A program made the position numbers and the translations under genes. From a virus (lineage: Duplodnaviria > Caudoviricetes), in the IMG/VR virus record IMGVR_UViG_3300017700_000931, positions 256,001-320,000 of that record: 64,000 bases of DNA, one strand, 5' to 3'. Position 1 is the stretch's first letter. Each line of letters begins with the position of its first letter. The notes under the pieces were generated by a model. It saw nothing but the letters and a program-made list of their open reading frames with translations. It was not told the DNA's origin and searched no databases. This document shows, one piece after another, positions 37,349 to 49,498 of this stretch.

Positions 37349-38891
37349 ATGAATACCACAAAAACAACTGATGTCACCTTTAACTTATTGAATGCTCTGA
37401 TTCTTATTGGGTCGGACATTGACCTCATGACTCTGTTTAAGAATGGTAATTTCAATACCGATATTAATATGATGATTGCCTTAGCTAAGGGCGATAACCT
37501 TAAGCCTAGTGCGGTTAAATTCATTCAGGGTATTTTCGATAATGTTATTATTAAACGAAAAGAATACCTCCAAGCCTACCAGAAGATTTGTAATAAAAGA
37601 GAAAACAAATTACCCAAATGGTATGGGAAGAAACAGATACTAACGGCCATTGAAAAACGTGGTGGAAGAAAGACTGAGAAGGAACGAATGATGTTAAAGG
37701 TTAATGACCTGAAAAACATATTTGCAAAGTTGAACCGGAAGGGTATTGCTAATTTACTTGGTGATGCAAACACATTGACTGACGAAGAATGTCGAACCAT
37801 TATAGCTTCTATTACCCAATTAGAAAATAAACTCAAAGATATTATTTAAAAGTTAGGATAAATCAAATATTATACTTACCTTTACTTAATTCAAACAACG
37901 AGATGGTAAATTTAAACAACATAGTTATTTCAAAAGACGATTTCAAAACAATAAGTAATTTATTGGATGGAACCGACTTTCATGGTGTAGATTATGATAA
38001 GTCAGTCTCATTATTTAAATACGGATTTGTTTATGATGGCCGCACTGGTATGTTGATTACAACACATAGTGCTACAGTGTGGAATGAAAAAGCTACGCCA
38101 ATTCATTTTGCTGTTGTTGAATTGTCATTGGATAAAATTGATGATGTTTTCAACGAATTCAGTGTTCAAATATTGTCTGAAAACAACTTGACAATTGGTC
38201 AATGGGATGAGTTATGTGATTCATACAAGATTAACTTAATTGAAATTTCTTGTGGTGGTCTGGAACTTAAAAAACCATTCATGAAAATGACAGCGTCTGA
38301 TTTGATTACTTACCTTAAAGGACTTGTTTAATGGGATTACCGACATTTGATTTATTTAAACCGGATTCGTACAAGATAGGTGGACACTTACAATTAAGTC
38401 CAATTACTATTAATGAGGATTACCGAAAGAAATGGAATATTCATGGACATGATTATGTTTGCCTAACTAAAGGTGGTGAACTAATTAGTAATGCACTATA
38501 CCGTGTTGGTGGATTCGGTGGTGATATCACTAAGAAGTATTTCATGTTGCTGAAGTATGTTGAAGCATTTTACCCAGATACAATTACAAAGGATAAAAAA
38601 AGAAAACCACACCTTGAGGGTAGATGGTGCATACTTGATAACAATGGTGTTGAAAAGGTTGAATTCAACCAGTTTGATACTCCATACCCAGTAAATGATA
38701 GTTGCATTTATTCTCTTAACCAAAAATATTATAATATAGAAACTGGTGAGTTTTATTGCCAGTCATATTCGTCAATGTCGTCTGGTGATTATCTATTTTT
38801 AGATAACGCATACGATAATGATAAGTCGAGACGTGGTGTTATGAAGATTAACAAAAAGGATGGTACTTGGGAATTATTTCCAAAAGATTAA
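37349..38891 (+). CDS. hypothetical proteins (37349-37849, 37903-38331, 38331-38891)
   Basis: ORF track with promoters. Confidence 0.8.
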
Positions 38892-38910
38892 AACACTAAA
38901 ATAATATTAT

Positions 38911-39342
38911 ATGAAATTAATACATTTTTTTGCCTTGGTCCTATTATTCACATCATGTAATGATGGTGGTGAATCAGAGGTTGGTGAACTCTTACAAGGT
39001 AAACATGAACTAAGACGATTTAAAGTCGTTAATGAAAGTGGCTACCGGATGAGTGGTTCTTATTTCCTATTGTCTGGAAGTACTAATGGTGAGACGTATG
39101 AAGATACAAAGATTGCATTTTCATTTCGACTGGCCGATAGTACTTATGCTATGGCTGAATTGGATTTCACTAAGGTACGAGTTAAAATTGATTCAACAAT
39201 CCAAACACCTTATGTAACGTTCAGATGGCGTAAGGGTGTCGAAACCGATATGGATTATATCATGTTGTACCACGTCAACTATATGGTTGTTCATTGTAAG
39301 GATGAAGATTACCCTTATGATGTTAGGATTGAGGACTTATAA
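38911..39342 (+). CDS. putative lipoprotein
   Basis: MKLIHFFALVLLFTS-C. Confidence 0.75.
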   Translation: MKLIHFFALVLLFTSCNDGGESEVGELLQGKHELRRFKVVNESGYRMSGSYFLLSGSTNGETYEDTKIAFSFRLADSTYAMAELDFTKVRVKIDSTIQTPYVTFRWRKGVETDMDYIMLYHVNYMVVHCKDEDYPYDVRIEDL

Positions 39343-39408
39343 ATTATTACGAATTTATTTGGTAAAACCAAATTAATATATTATCTTTGTTTCATCAATA
39401 ACATTACC

Positions 39409-40157
39409 ATGGAAAAACTTAACTATTCAATATTCTGTACTAACGAAATAGATTTTGATATAGCAAAACAGCTTACCATAAAACATAATTTCAATAGTGT
39501 TATTGTTGATGCAAATAAACCTTTCGACATTAAAGAACACTTAGACAATAATATTTTAGTTTTAAGTGGTTCTTTGACTGGTAAAGAAGAATCTGTTAAC
39601 TTTAAAAAAATTCGATTATTATTCATACAAGCTGGGATGGCAATTAAGCAATGCAAATTCAGTATGTATGACGCTGAAGAAATTTTAAACGGAAAATAAT
39701 ATTATGGAAAAACCAAAATTAATTATTCAGAAAACAAATTACTGGTTATTTGAAAAAACTAGTGAGAATAGTAAATACTATTTTGTTAGAATTCAAACGG
39801 ATGGTATTTCCACTCATAGCTGGAGCATGGGTTATGAGAATAGTTTTGGATTAGTTTCATGTATTGGTGGTCCACTTAACGAAGAACGAGTAAAAGATTT
39901 GGAAGAAAGATTTCAACTAACAAATAAATAAGTTACTTATGAAAAAGCCAAAAATTAATAAATTTGAATTCCAAGATGAATGGCCGAATTGGGTTAGCAA
40001 GGAAATTGTTAAGCATTCTGGTAAACCATTCAAGAGTGGTAAACTTGTTGGTGTTACATTAGGTATGGAACCAAACCCAAATTCTGGTAAGATGGGTTTC
40101 AAAATGGATGATGGAAGTATTGTTGATTGTTTTCAATGTAAATTACTTTCCATGTAA
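39409..40157 (+). CDS. hypothetical proteins (39409-39699, 39704-39931, 39939-40157)
   Basis: ORF track. Confidence 0.75.
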
Positions 40158-40162
40158 TGACT

Positions 40163-40236
40163 GGGCCTTTAGCTCATTCGGTTAGAGCAACTGACTCATA
40201 ATCAGTAGGTGGTTGGTTCGAATCCGGCAAGGCCCA
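40163..40236 (+). tRNA. tRNA with CAT anticodon, probably tRNA-Ile2 (lysidine type); elongator Met not excluded
   Basis: Full cloverleaf GGGCCTT/AAGGCCC-A, GCTC/GAGC, ACTGA-CTCATAA-TCAGT, TTCGAAT; C4-G69 and C5-G68 are the known TilS determinants; no encoded CCA. Confidence 0.92.
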
Positions 40237-40326
40237 CAATTAAATGTTATCCTCAGCCAAATCTAGGTATTAAATTAGACTTTTGGCCAATGATAGGAAT
40301 TAGTATTTTGTAAAAAATGTGATAAT

Positions 40327-40840
40327 ATGACAGCAAAAGAATTTGTAAAAGAAAAATTCCCAAACGCCAGAGCTGAACGCCATGTTGAGGGAAGAATTAA
40401 AGGCTTACAAAAACCATATTGGTTAATTAGAGATGGCCGGAACACAATGTATATGGCTTCAGGAAAGACTGAAAGCAATGCATGGGTTAATGCCAAAAAA
40501 ATGATAATTCAAAAGGAATTAAAATAATTCACTTTTTATTTGGTGGAATGAAATATTCTACTTATCTTTACCGAAACATTATTAAAATAACAACCACATG
40601 AATAAACCTGAAATTTATGAAGTATTAGCAAAGCGACAAGATTGTAATGCCAATACACTTCAAAACCCAAGTGAAGATGACCATTTAAGTCAATACTTCA
40701 AAGAAGCTGTTGAGGAAGCAGAAGACATGGATGACTTACAAAGTAAGTTGAAATATGCTGCTGATATGTTGAACTACTCTTTGGCTGAATTGAAACAGTA
40801 CGAGTCGAATAAACGATTAGAAGCAAAAGGTTTGAAATAA
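40327..40840 (+). CDS. hypothetical proteins (40327-40527, 40598-40840)
   Basis: ORF track. Confidence 0.75.
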
Positions 40841-40851
40841 AAATTATAAAT

Positions 40852-41178
40852 ATGAAAAAATTCCTAATTATTTTTACATTGGCCATTCTAATTTTTGGCT
40901 ACCCAGCGTTGAAATATTCAACCACTGAAACAATTGAGATTACCATTAAAGACAAAGAAAGAATAACCACTGGCTCCGGTGAAGATATTGAAAGCAAGTA
41001 CCTTGTTTATACCACCGATGAAGTCTTTGAGAATACAGATACTTGGCTCTTCATGAAGTTTGGTAGTTCCGATGTTCAAAATGATTTAACTGTCGGTAAA
41101 ACATTTAAAGTAAAAGTTTGTGGATGGCGATTACCATTCTTCTCAGCATACCGAAATATTATTTCAATACAGGAATAA
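40852..41178 (+). CDS. single-TM phage membrane protein
   Basis: N-terminal TM; KYLVYT.DEVFENTD...KF.SSD...GWR.PFFS.YRNI. Confidence 0.7.
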   Translation: MKKFLIIFTLAILIFGYPALKYSTTETIEITIKDKERITTGSGEDIESKYLVYTTDEVFENTDTWLFMKFGSSDVQNDLTVGKTFKVKVCGWRLPFFSAYRNIISIQE

Positions 41179-42103
41179 TGTCTACCAGAAAGGAAAACAT
41201 TATTTCTTATTTTAAGATTCTAGCCGGACTCATGCTAGTCTTCCCATTAGTCCATGTTTATTGGGCACTTGACTTCGGTCTATTGATTGGTGGAATTATT
41301 GCTGGTGTTGAACATTTGGTACTATGGTTTTTAGGCATAATGATGTTCAACTACTTAGAATACGATAGATTCAGTCTTTATGTTAAACGTATTAAAAACT
41401 AAAATATGGCATTAAACATTTTTTTCGTATTGACTCTTGGAATTGTTATTCTGAACGTGTTATACATTATAACATTATTTGGTCCTACTAGCTTAGTTTT
41501 GCCAAGTTATAAAACCTTTGGTCCCAAACATTGGCTCATATTTTACCCTTCATTCTTTTTTCAAGTTTGGTGGTGGTCTGATTTCATAGGGCTACTGCAC
41601 TAATCAAACAAAAACTGATAAACTATGAACAAGGTTTTAACTACTGAATTTGATATTCTAATTTTAGAGCGAATGAGTTATGCTCAATTGGACAAATTCG
41701 TGAATGATTTACTAGTTACGATTAATACACTTGAACAACTCAAGTTACAAGCTGTAATATTCCATGAAGATGAAAAAGCGGTGAAGTACCAGAAATGGAT
41801 TCATAATGCTACCAGCAACCGAGAAGCAATGATTGTTGTTATGCTGGGTAAAGAAGCTGATATGTGTGAACACCATGATTTAGAAACCATTTGGTTAAAC
41901 TAATGGATTTAACAGACTTGGAAAAGGATGCCTTAATTGTTCTGGGAGATAATTTATGTCTCCCGCAATTTACGACTAAGGCTCGTAAAAATACGCTAAA
42001 TACCTTATGTTTTAAGGGATTGGCTATTGACCCAGCATCTTCTAAGAGCAAGATGTGGGAATTGACTGATGAAGGTCGTGTAATGTATAATAGCATTTCA
42101 TAA
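41178..42103 (+). CDS. membrane and hypothetical proteins (41178-41402, 41406-41603, 41625-41903, 41903-42103)
   Basis: ORF track with corrected starts. Confidence 0.7.
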
Positions 42104-42170
42104 CCGATTACTTTGCACTTAAAGCCAACACTCGTTGGCATCATTCATAAGTGGTTTTTTAATGATGATA

Positions 42171-42200
42171 GAAAGGTCAAGGGTGGTTCCTTGACCTTTC
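42171..42200. terminator. hairpin between convergent genes
   Basis: GAAAGGTCAAGG/CCTTGACCTTTC 12-bp stem. Confidence 0.75.
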
Positions 42201-42204
42201 GCCA

Positions 42205-42777
42205 TTAATATAAGTCCCTTTTAATATCTCTATTAACCTTACTACATAATGGTTGTAAATTACTGTAGTGATTCAATCTAATTATATCTTCTTCTGTAAT
42301 AGCTGAACATAGTGGAATAACATGGTCAATATCCCAACCATAACCCAATTCACCGTTATACTTACCTTGGTTATCCCAGTTCATCCATTCAGCAAATTTA
42401 GATTCTAAATGTTCTTTGAGTTCTTCAAAGGTACAACCAATAATGTCATATGTTTTAGATTTTTTGGTATAACCCTTGTTTCTAAATGACAAACCAATTG
42501 AAGAACGAATATTAACCTTCAATTTAAATACTGGGTCAGTATTTATTCTATGTTTGCGATATTCTCTATTATATTCTATTAGGTCAGTTTTATTATCTTT
42601 ATAATATTGTTTTATTTTATCTGGATTTTCCTCACGATATTTTTTATTGCGAATTTTATATTCTTCCTGTCTTGTTTTCCTTCTTTTACGGTCATATTCT
42701 TTCTTTTTAGATTTATTCTTTTCTTTGTTCTTATGATAGTGATTCAAAGCCCTAGCTTTTTCTATTTCTGTTGACAT
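42205..42777 (-). CDS. HNH endonuclease (homing-type, basic N-terminal helix), antisense to its arm
   Basis: IIGCTFEELKEHLE..F..WMNWDN.G...WDIDHVIP...NHYSNLQPLCS..N..K. Confidence 0.85.
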   Translation of the reverse strand: MSTEIEKARALNHYHKNKEKNKSKKKEYDRKRRKTRQEEYKIRNKKYREENPDKIKQYYKDNKTDLIEYNREYRKHRINTDPVFKLKVNIRSSIGLSFRNKGYTKKSKTYDIIGCTFEELKEHLESKFAEWMNWDNQGKYNGELGYGWDIDHVIPLCSAITEEDIIRLNHYSNLQPLCSKVNRDIKRDLY

Positions 42778-42853
42778 AATTAGTTTTGTGTTTAATATAA
42801 TTATACAAAATTATTTTGTAAATGTTTGGTAGATTGAAATATTATACATATCT

Positions 42854-43303
42854 TTGTCAAAAAAAAATATGAAAACAATTAAATTAATGATGATAACACT
42901 AATAACGTGTTTAATGTTGAATTGTACAACAACTGACAATTCGGTTTCCGAAACCAGCAACAAAGTTCCATCTAGTGGTGAAGTTATGGTTGATAATGGT
43001 GAAGGTAAAACAGTAAGTATTCCATACAACATTATGTTTGGGGTTGACACTCTGTTAACATTTAAAAATTTAAATGATATTGCTGACAAAGCTAACAGTG
43101 ATGCAATAAATTCATGTGTGAACGAACGAACATTTAAACCAGAAAAAATGAGTATGTTCAGACATTCCAATTCTGATACTTTAAGCGTTACATATAAATT
43201 TGTTGCAGCTAATTCATATGGTGTTGAAGAAAATCTAACAAACATAATGTTTGTTAGTATTGATTCATTAATTAATGAAAATTATAATTTTGTTATTAAA
43301 TAA
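42854..43303 (+). CDS. putative lipoprotein/exported protein
   Basis: Signal-like LMMITLITCLMLN-C; start may be 42869. Confidence 0.65.
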   Translation: MSKKNMKTIKLMMITLITCLMLNCTTTDNSVSETSNKVPSSGEVMVDNGEGKTVSIPYNIMFGVDTLLTFKNLNDIADKANSDAINSCVNERTFKPEKMSMFRHSNSDTLSVTYKFVAANSYGVEENLTNIMFVSIDSLINENYNFVIK

Positions 43304-43322
43304 TACAAATGTTTTAGTGTAT

Positions 43323-43360
43323 AATAATGAAAGGCTGGGTATACCCAGCCTTTCATTATT
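43323..43360. repeat. 38-bp perfect palindrome (probable terminator)
   Basis: AATAATGAAAGGCTGGGTATACCCAGCCTTTCATTATT checked base by base. Confidence 0.85.
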
Positions 43361-43380
43361 TAATTAAATAAAATTTTTAG

Positions 43381-43905
43381 ATGACAAAAGATTATTATGC
43401 AACATCTCAGACCATTGAAGGTTGGGTTGAAAGTATTGAAAAGAAATTTCATAATATATCTGTTAGAGATTATCAGGAAATCGCTGATACGTTAGATATC
43501 ACTTCACCAGTTGAGATTGATAAAATCAAAAAAGCACAACTAATCATATTTGGTAAACAACTTGGAGTGCTGTCTTTCGAAGATGCTTGTAGAAAATTAG
43601 GTCATACTACAGTATTACCAGTCAGTAATAAATTTGTTATTGCCGGACATAAGTTAAGCATCATTGCTGAAGCACTAAATGAAGGATGGATTCCCAACTG
43701 GAATAATGAACAAGAATATAAGTATGTACCTGTTTTCGATATGCGAACCTCTGCAACGAAAGGAGTGTCTTTCGTTTATGTTGATACTCTTTGGAATCAT
43801 ACTCACTCGGTTGTCGGCTCTCCCCTTTGTTATAAAACCAATGATTTGGCATACTTTATTGCCAATTATTTTATTGATTTGTATCAAGATTATATGTCTA
43901 TGTAA
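43381..43905 (+). CDS. conserved Bacteroidota-phage-type hypothetical protein
   Basis: SFEDAC..LG...KL.IIAEALNEGW.PNW.N..EYKY.P.F...GS.LCYKT..LA. Confidence 0.7.
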   Translation: MTKDYYATSQTIEGWVESIEKKFHNISVRDYQEIADTLDITSPVEIDKIKKAQLIIFGKQLGVLSFEDACRKLGHTTVLPVSNKFVIAGHKLSIIAEALNEGWIPNWNNEQEYKYVPVFDMRTSATKGVSFVYVDTLWNHTHSVVGSPLCYKTNDLAYFIANYFIDLYQDYMSM

Positions 43906-44091
43906 AATATGGAGGTAGCTGAAAATCCTAGATAAGAGTAGGCAAAACAAATAAATCACATTATGAAAACTTTTTTTAAAAATGTATTTACGATTGCAAC
44001 AGGAATTATTGTTGCACTTGTAATTATAGGTGGGATTGTTGTGGCTGTCCTTTATGCTACAAATCCTAATCTAATGAATTATTAGTAAATC

Positions 44092-44116
44092 AGGGCAGTC
44101 TTAGACTGCCCCTTTT
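44092..44116 (+). terminator. intrinsic terminator
   Basis: AGGGCAGTC-TTA-GACTGCCCT then a T-run. Confidence 0.85.
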
Positions 44117-44240
44117 TATTTATCTTAGTGGTTCCCAGCCATCGTTCGTTATACCAATTTGTAAAATAATTCACTTTTTATTTGGTAGAACCAAATAATT
44201 GTATTATCTTTGTTACATCATCAATTAAAACCAACCACTT

Positions 44241-47200
44241 ATGCTAAACACAAACAGAAGATTCAGAGTAGTATTTCTTGATAGAGAAGATGTCAAAGAG
44301 AAGGATTTCTCAATGAAAGAATTATTGCTGGATGATGATGGTACAGAACTTTGTTACGCAGCACAAGATATTGCTGATGACATTCTTGACCTAAAATTGT
44401 GGGAAACATTATTCTTCCAGACAAACAGAGATGACAAGAATGCAAAAGGATTGATTATTCGGATTGACTAAGGGGCCAAAAACCCTTTATCATTAAAAAA
44501 ATAATTTATGAAAATTGAAAATTTAGGTAAGTTCAGAGTAGGTGGTTCAATTAACACCCAATTCGAAACCGGATTGGCGTTGGAGCGAATTATGATTGCC
44601 AGTGGTGAACGAGTAAATGGTCTTACTAGTTTTCTTACCACCCTAGAATTTTTTGGTCATGTTATTCTCATATTAACTGGTCTGTTTATTCTTGCTGCTT
44701 ATGGTTTGATTTATTTAGTTTTATTTTTTATTGAGGTTTATAAATATATAACCGGATATGATAAAAGACGTGAAGCTAATGCTAGTCGATTGACTGAAGA
44801 AGAAATTGATAAACGATTAGCAAAGTTTGAGATGACCGAAGAGGAAGAAAAAGAAGTTGAAAATTTTCATTAAAATATAATTTATGGCTGAAACATTATT
44901 ACCAATAAATTCTTGTAAAGAATGTCCTTTCTTTAAAACAGGAAACCAATGGTCTAGTGATGGTTGGGACCGGATGGAGGACTGGATTTGTACTAAACAT
45001 GAACCAGAAAAGGTAATTCAAGGTTCAGTTGAATGGCATGAAGAAAAAAGGATTAATATTCCTGATTGGTGTCCATTGCCTAATGATAAATTTAAAAAGG
45101 CTATTATTGAAGAATTGGTTGGTGTAGTTCTTCAGAACCCTGATATGGTTTCTGATACTTTTGTCTATAAAGATAAATTCACCTTTACCAGATTAACAAA
45201 GGACATGCTTTGGTATGTAACTTACGATAACAAAATTATTGCCCATGGGCAATACCGTCATGATATTGAGCAATGGATTGATATTGCTTATAAATTAAAA
45301 TAAATTTGAAATAACTTAAAATTATTGTATGAAACATAGAGTGATAATGGAAGCTATTCTGGAGGCACACCAAAACGTAGAAAAATATGGTGAAACTTGG
45401 TATGTCCTGAATGATGATTTCTTCTCCGTAGTTAAAGAGTCATACTTCATTACTGATGAAGGTGTGAGAAAAGATAAACCATTTGTTTCTTTGTATAACA
45501 CTGATGACAAGTTTTATGGTAGTCGTGGTGTTGGACATATTATTGAATATGTGAATGGTGAAGTAAAACCCACCATGCTTGATATTGAAATTAATAGCAT
45601 TTGGGATGACTTTGAACAACCCTATGGTGACCGAGTGAAAGAGGTTGGTAGAAATATGGTAATGATGGGTACTATTGGTCACGGACATACACTTGGTCTT
45701 CACCACCTATTACCTATAGCTAGGTCAGCTCATAGTCATGGTATGGACCATACCATAATTAATAAAGACGTGATTGAGGTTTATGATATGCCACGCCCAG
45801 AGTTGCCAAAAAATTTGTTGAAAACCATTCAAAGTGTGGATACAATATACGATGATAGTGAAAAACCTACACCGAAAGATATTGAAAAAATACGCAAAAA
45901 GCTCAGAATGAAACGTAAGAAAAAAGGTAAGAAAACTCACCGCAAAAAATAATTTTTTACATGAAAGTTATTTTAACTGAAATAGAATTGACTAACGGAA
46001 CGTTTACTGAAAAACAATTAAGCGTTTTGCATAAGTATTATGCGAGTGCTCGATTTAAAACATTGGATGATTTTGCTCTGAACACCTACGATAATGGATA
46101 TTCCGAAGACAAAGAGAAAAATATTGAACTTCAGAAAATAAGGTTCGACGAGTATTTAGCAAAGGACACTAAAGAACTGTATGGGTATTCACATTCTTTT
46201 ACTTGTGATATTAATTTATTCTTAACCGACTTCCCAAGCCTATTATTTAAAATAAAAGGTACTAAGGAAGTCATGGTAGACGTTGATAAATCTGATGCAT
46301 TAAAATTACAGCAAAAAGCCATCGATGAGATGGTTAAAAATCAACAAAAAAGGCTAGAATCAATGATGAAGTCTTTTGTGATTATGTCACAAAATATTGC
46401 TGAAAACCTTAAGGTTGAAACTCTAAACCAAAAATGTGATGTGCATGTTGGTGGTGGTCTTTTATTAACAATTAATGAAACTCTTCTATTGGAGGATGCA
46501 TGTACTGACCGATTACAGACCGAACTAAATTCTGGCTGGCGTATTATTGCAGTTAGTGTACAAGCTGATTGCCGGAGACCAGACTATATCTTAGGTAGAT
46601 TCAATCCAACTCTTGAAATTGATGGTAGAGCTAAAAGATAATTCATATTTTATTTGGTAGAACCAAATAATTGTATTATATTTGTCAAAACATTATTAAA
46701 ATCGACCGTATGAATTTAGAGGAAATTAAACAAGCTATTGCTGAACAACGTATGAAAAGTTCACGCCATGCTGTTGAAATTGATAACCTACAAAATAAAA
46801 ACATTAAGGACTTCACAACAGAAGACACGGTTTACTTGACCCTAAAGGGTAAAGATAATAATACAACTTACCTTTGTCAATTTATTAAATTCGAAAATGG
46901 TAGAGTCTTTGGTAAAGCATTGCAAGCAATGATTAACCCTGATACCTATTACTACCAAATTGATAAAGGATTAGATATTAACGTTAAACCAGAAGACGCT
47001 AGTTTAAAGGGTAAACTACCTAGTGATGATTATTCACATTACCACCATTGCAATTCCATTGGTCGTTTCTATGATGAAAACCTAGAAGCACCACTTGATG
47101 ATATGAATGTCAAAACACATGAGAGTTATGGTGTTATTGGATTCAGCAAAGTTTCAACCAGAAACATGACGTTATTTGGTAGCAGCATTAAGCATGACCA

Positions 47201-48785
47201 AATAATTACCCTAAAGATTTCTACGGCCAGTCAAAACAGACAATTCAACCGAGATTCTTACTATGCCAAAAATGAAATAATTGAGGTGGCTATGTCGCAT
47301 TCACAATTTGCTGAAATGATTACGTCATTCAACAGAGGTGATGGCATTCCTTGTACTATTAAAACGCTACAAGGTAAACGAATGGCTGAACCGAATTACA
47401 TTTCTAAAGTAGAACAGACTAACCGAGAGTTCCAGACCAAGATGTCTAACTTAAGTGTTAAGTTGAAAAACCTCACTGAAAAAACTGATGCAATTTTAGG
47501 TAAGACTTCAATTACTAAGGCTGACCGTGAAGCAATTAAAAAAGACATTGCTAAATTGACACAAGAGATTGGTGCAAACATGCCATTCGTTGCTGAACAA
47601 TTTGCTGAACAAATGGATAAAACCATTTCTGAAGCTAAGAGTGAAGTTGAGGCGTTCATTGCAAACCGGATGGAAGAAAAAGGTCTAGGTGGCCCAACCG
47701 CAAGTGGTTTGTTGGGTGATGGCTCTGGTAATTAATTTAAAATTATTTTAAGATGAAAAATACTACAGTAAAAGAATTGATTGAGGATTACAGACGACGA
47801 CTTAAAACCGTTGATGACATGCTATTGACTGATAAAAACTCTGGCAGCATTAATGATGAGAAGAAATTTGAAAGACTCAGAACAAAGGCTGGTGAATACA
47901 GAAGCATTATTACTGACCTTGAAAATGTAAGTGGACCGGATGAAGCAATTTTGTCTGCATTGGGTCAGACTCACCAGTCTCTTAAACTGATGTCAGAAAG
48001 TAAAGCAGTTAAATGTTTGGATGAGGTATTTGCAAACAACGAACGAATTTTAAACGAATACATAAAAGGATAATACTATGGGATTTTTATTAGGGATTGC
48101 AATATTTGTTGGATTATTATTTTATTCATGCTTTGCTTGGGGATTTGTTGTTTCAAAATTCTATGCGTGGTTTATTATTCCACTATTTCCTGACGTGCCG
48201 AACATTAGTGTGGCTGGCTTCATTGGTATTATGTTGTTTCTATTCGCATTATTACCTAAGCATGTCAATTCAATTAGAGATGAATACAAGAATGTTGGTA
48301 TGGAATGGGGTGGCTCGTTGCTTGGTCCTTGGCTCAGTTTATTTTGTGGTTGGTTAATATACTTGTGGGTTTAAAAAATAACCTATATCTTTGCCTCATA
48401 ACTATTTTATAAAATTATAATAATGAGCGAAAAGATTTTTATCTTCGATGAAGAAGGTTCACGATACGAAGTGACTAACATTGAGGCTTTACTTAAAGAA
48501 GTTGATAATGATGGATTAGAAATAATTTACAAATCAACTAGGTACTATCATGAGTTTAACAAGACAATCCTAGAATTAATTGAGCACCGGATTATAGAAC
48601 AAACTGAAGGAACACCATACGAATGTGGCGGTGTTGAGATTGGTCTAAAAGCGTTTGAGGATGAAATCACTAAACGACTGGGTGCTGAGAAATTGGCTGA
48701 ATTCATAACTGAGACCGATGCCCAATGGGAAGAAAACAAACCGAATGTGACTAAACCACCTGTTGATTTAGGTGACGAAGAATAA
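44241..48785 (+). CDS. run of hypothetical proteins (44241-44471, 44508-44873, 44884-45303, 45329-45952, 45961-46641, 46710-47735, 47753-48073, 48078-48374, 48423-48785)
   Basis: ORF track; start of the 46671 ORF corrected to 46710. Confidence 0.8.
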
Positions 48786-48820
48786 TATCTAACATAAATT
48801 AAAATAAGATGAAAATTATA

Positions 48821-49426
48821 ATGAAGAATCTGAAGCAAATTAAACCTGCTTCATACAATCCAAAAACACGTACTGAAAGTAGAAACTTAAAGGCGTTGAC
48901 CAAAAGTATTCAAGAACATGGAATAATTATTCCATTACTTACTGATGTAAGTGGTAACTTAATTGATGGTCACCGAAGACTAAGAGTTGCTACACTTTTA
49001 AAGTTGAAAGAAGTTCCTGTGTTGGAGACTACCACATCAATGACAAAGGATGAAGCATTTGAGGCGATAAACACAAATCAAAAAAAGATATCAAATAATG
49101 ATATGATGTTTATCTATGTCAATGGCGGTAAGATTCCACCAAAAGCTTTAAAAGAAATCCAAGAGATTGAAGAAATCGTTGGTAAAGCAGACTTGAAAAA
49201 ACTGGCAAACCTTTATGTAACTTATCGTGTTTTAAGTTATGCGAAAAAAGTACAAAAGTATTGCCGAGAAACAAATGACCCTGAGTTCCTACGTAAGTCA
49301 TTACTTTGGTTGGTTAACAACAAAATGACATTTACTGTTCGTAGAGCAATGGAAAGTAGAACAAGCCGAACTACCATCGTAAAAGCAGTTAAAACAAATA
49401 AACCTTTGAAGACCAATTACAATTAA
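48821..49426 (+). CDS. ParB/Srx-like N-terminal domain protein
   Basis: IKPASYNPK, LTKSIQEHG...PL, LIDGHRRL. Confidence 0.85.
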   Translation: MKNLKQIKPASYNPKTRTESRNLKALTKSIQEHGIIIPLLTDVSGNLIDGHRRLRVATLLKLKEVPVLETTTSMTKDEAFEAINTNQKKISNNDMMFIYVNGGKIPPKALKEIQEIEEIVGKADLKKLANLYVTYRVLSYAKKVQKYCRETNDPEFLRKSLLWLVNNKMTFTVRRAMESRTSRTTIVKAVKTNKPLKTNYN

Positions 49427-49446
49427 TAGGTCCAAAATAATTTACT

Positions 49447-49480
49447 AAAAACGACATAACTATTTGGTTATGTCGTTTTT
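49447..49480 (+). terminator. 14-bp hairpin whose loop holds the -33 box of the next promoter
   Basis: AAAAACGACATAAC-TATTTG-GTTATGTCGTTTTT. Confidence 0.8.
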
Positions 49481-49498
49481 TTGTTTTATATTTGTACT

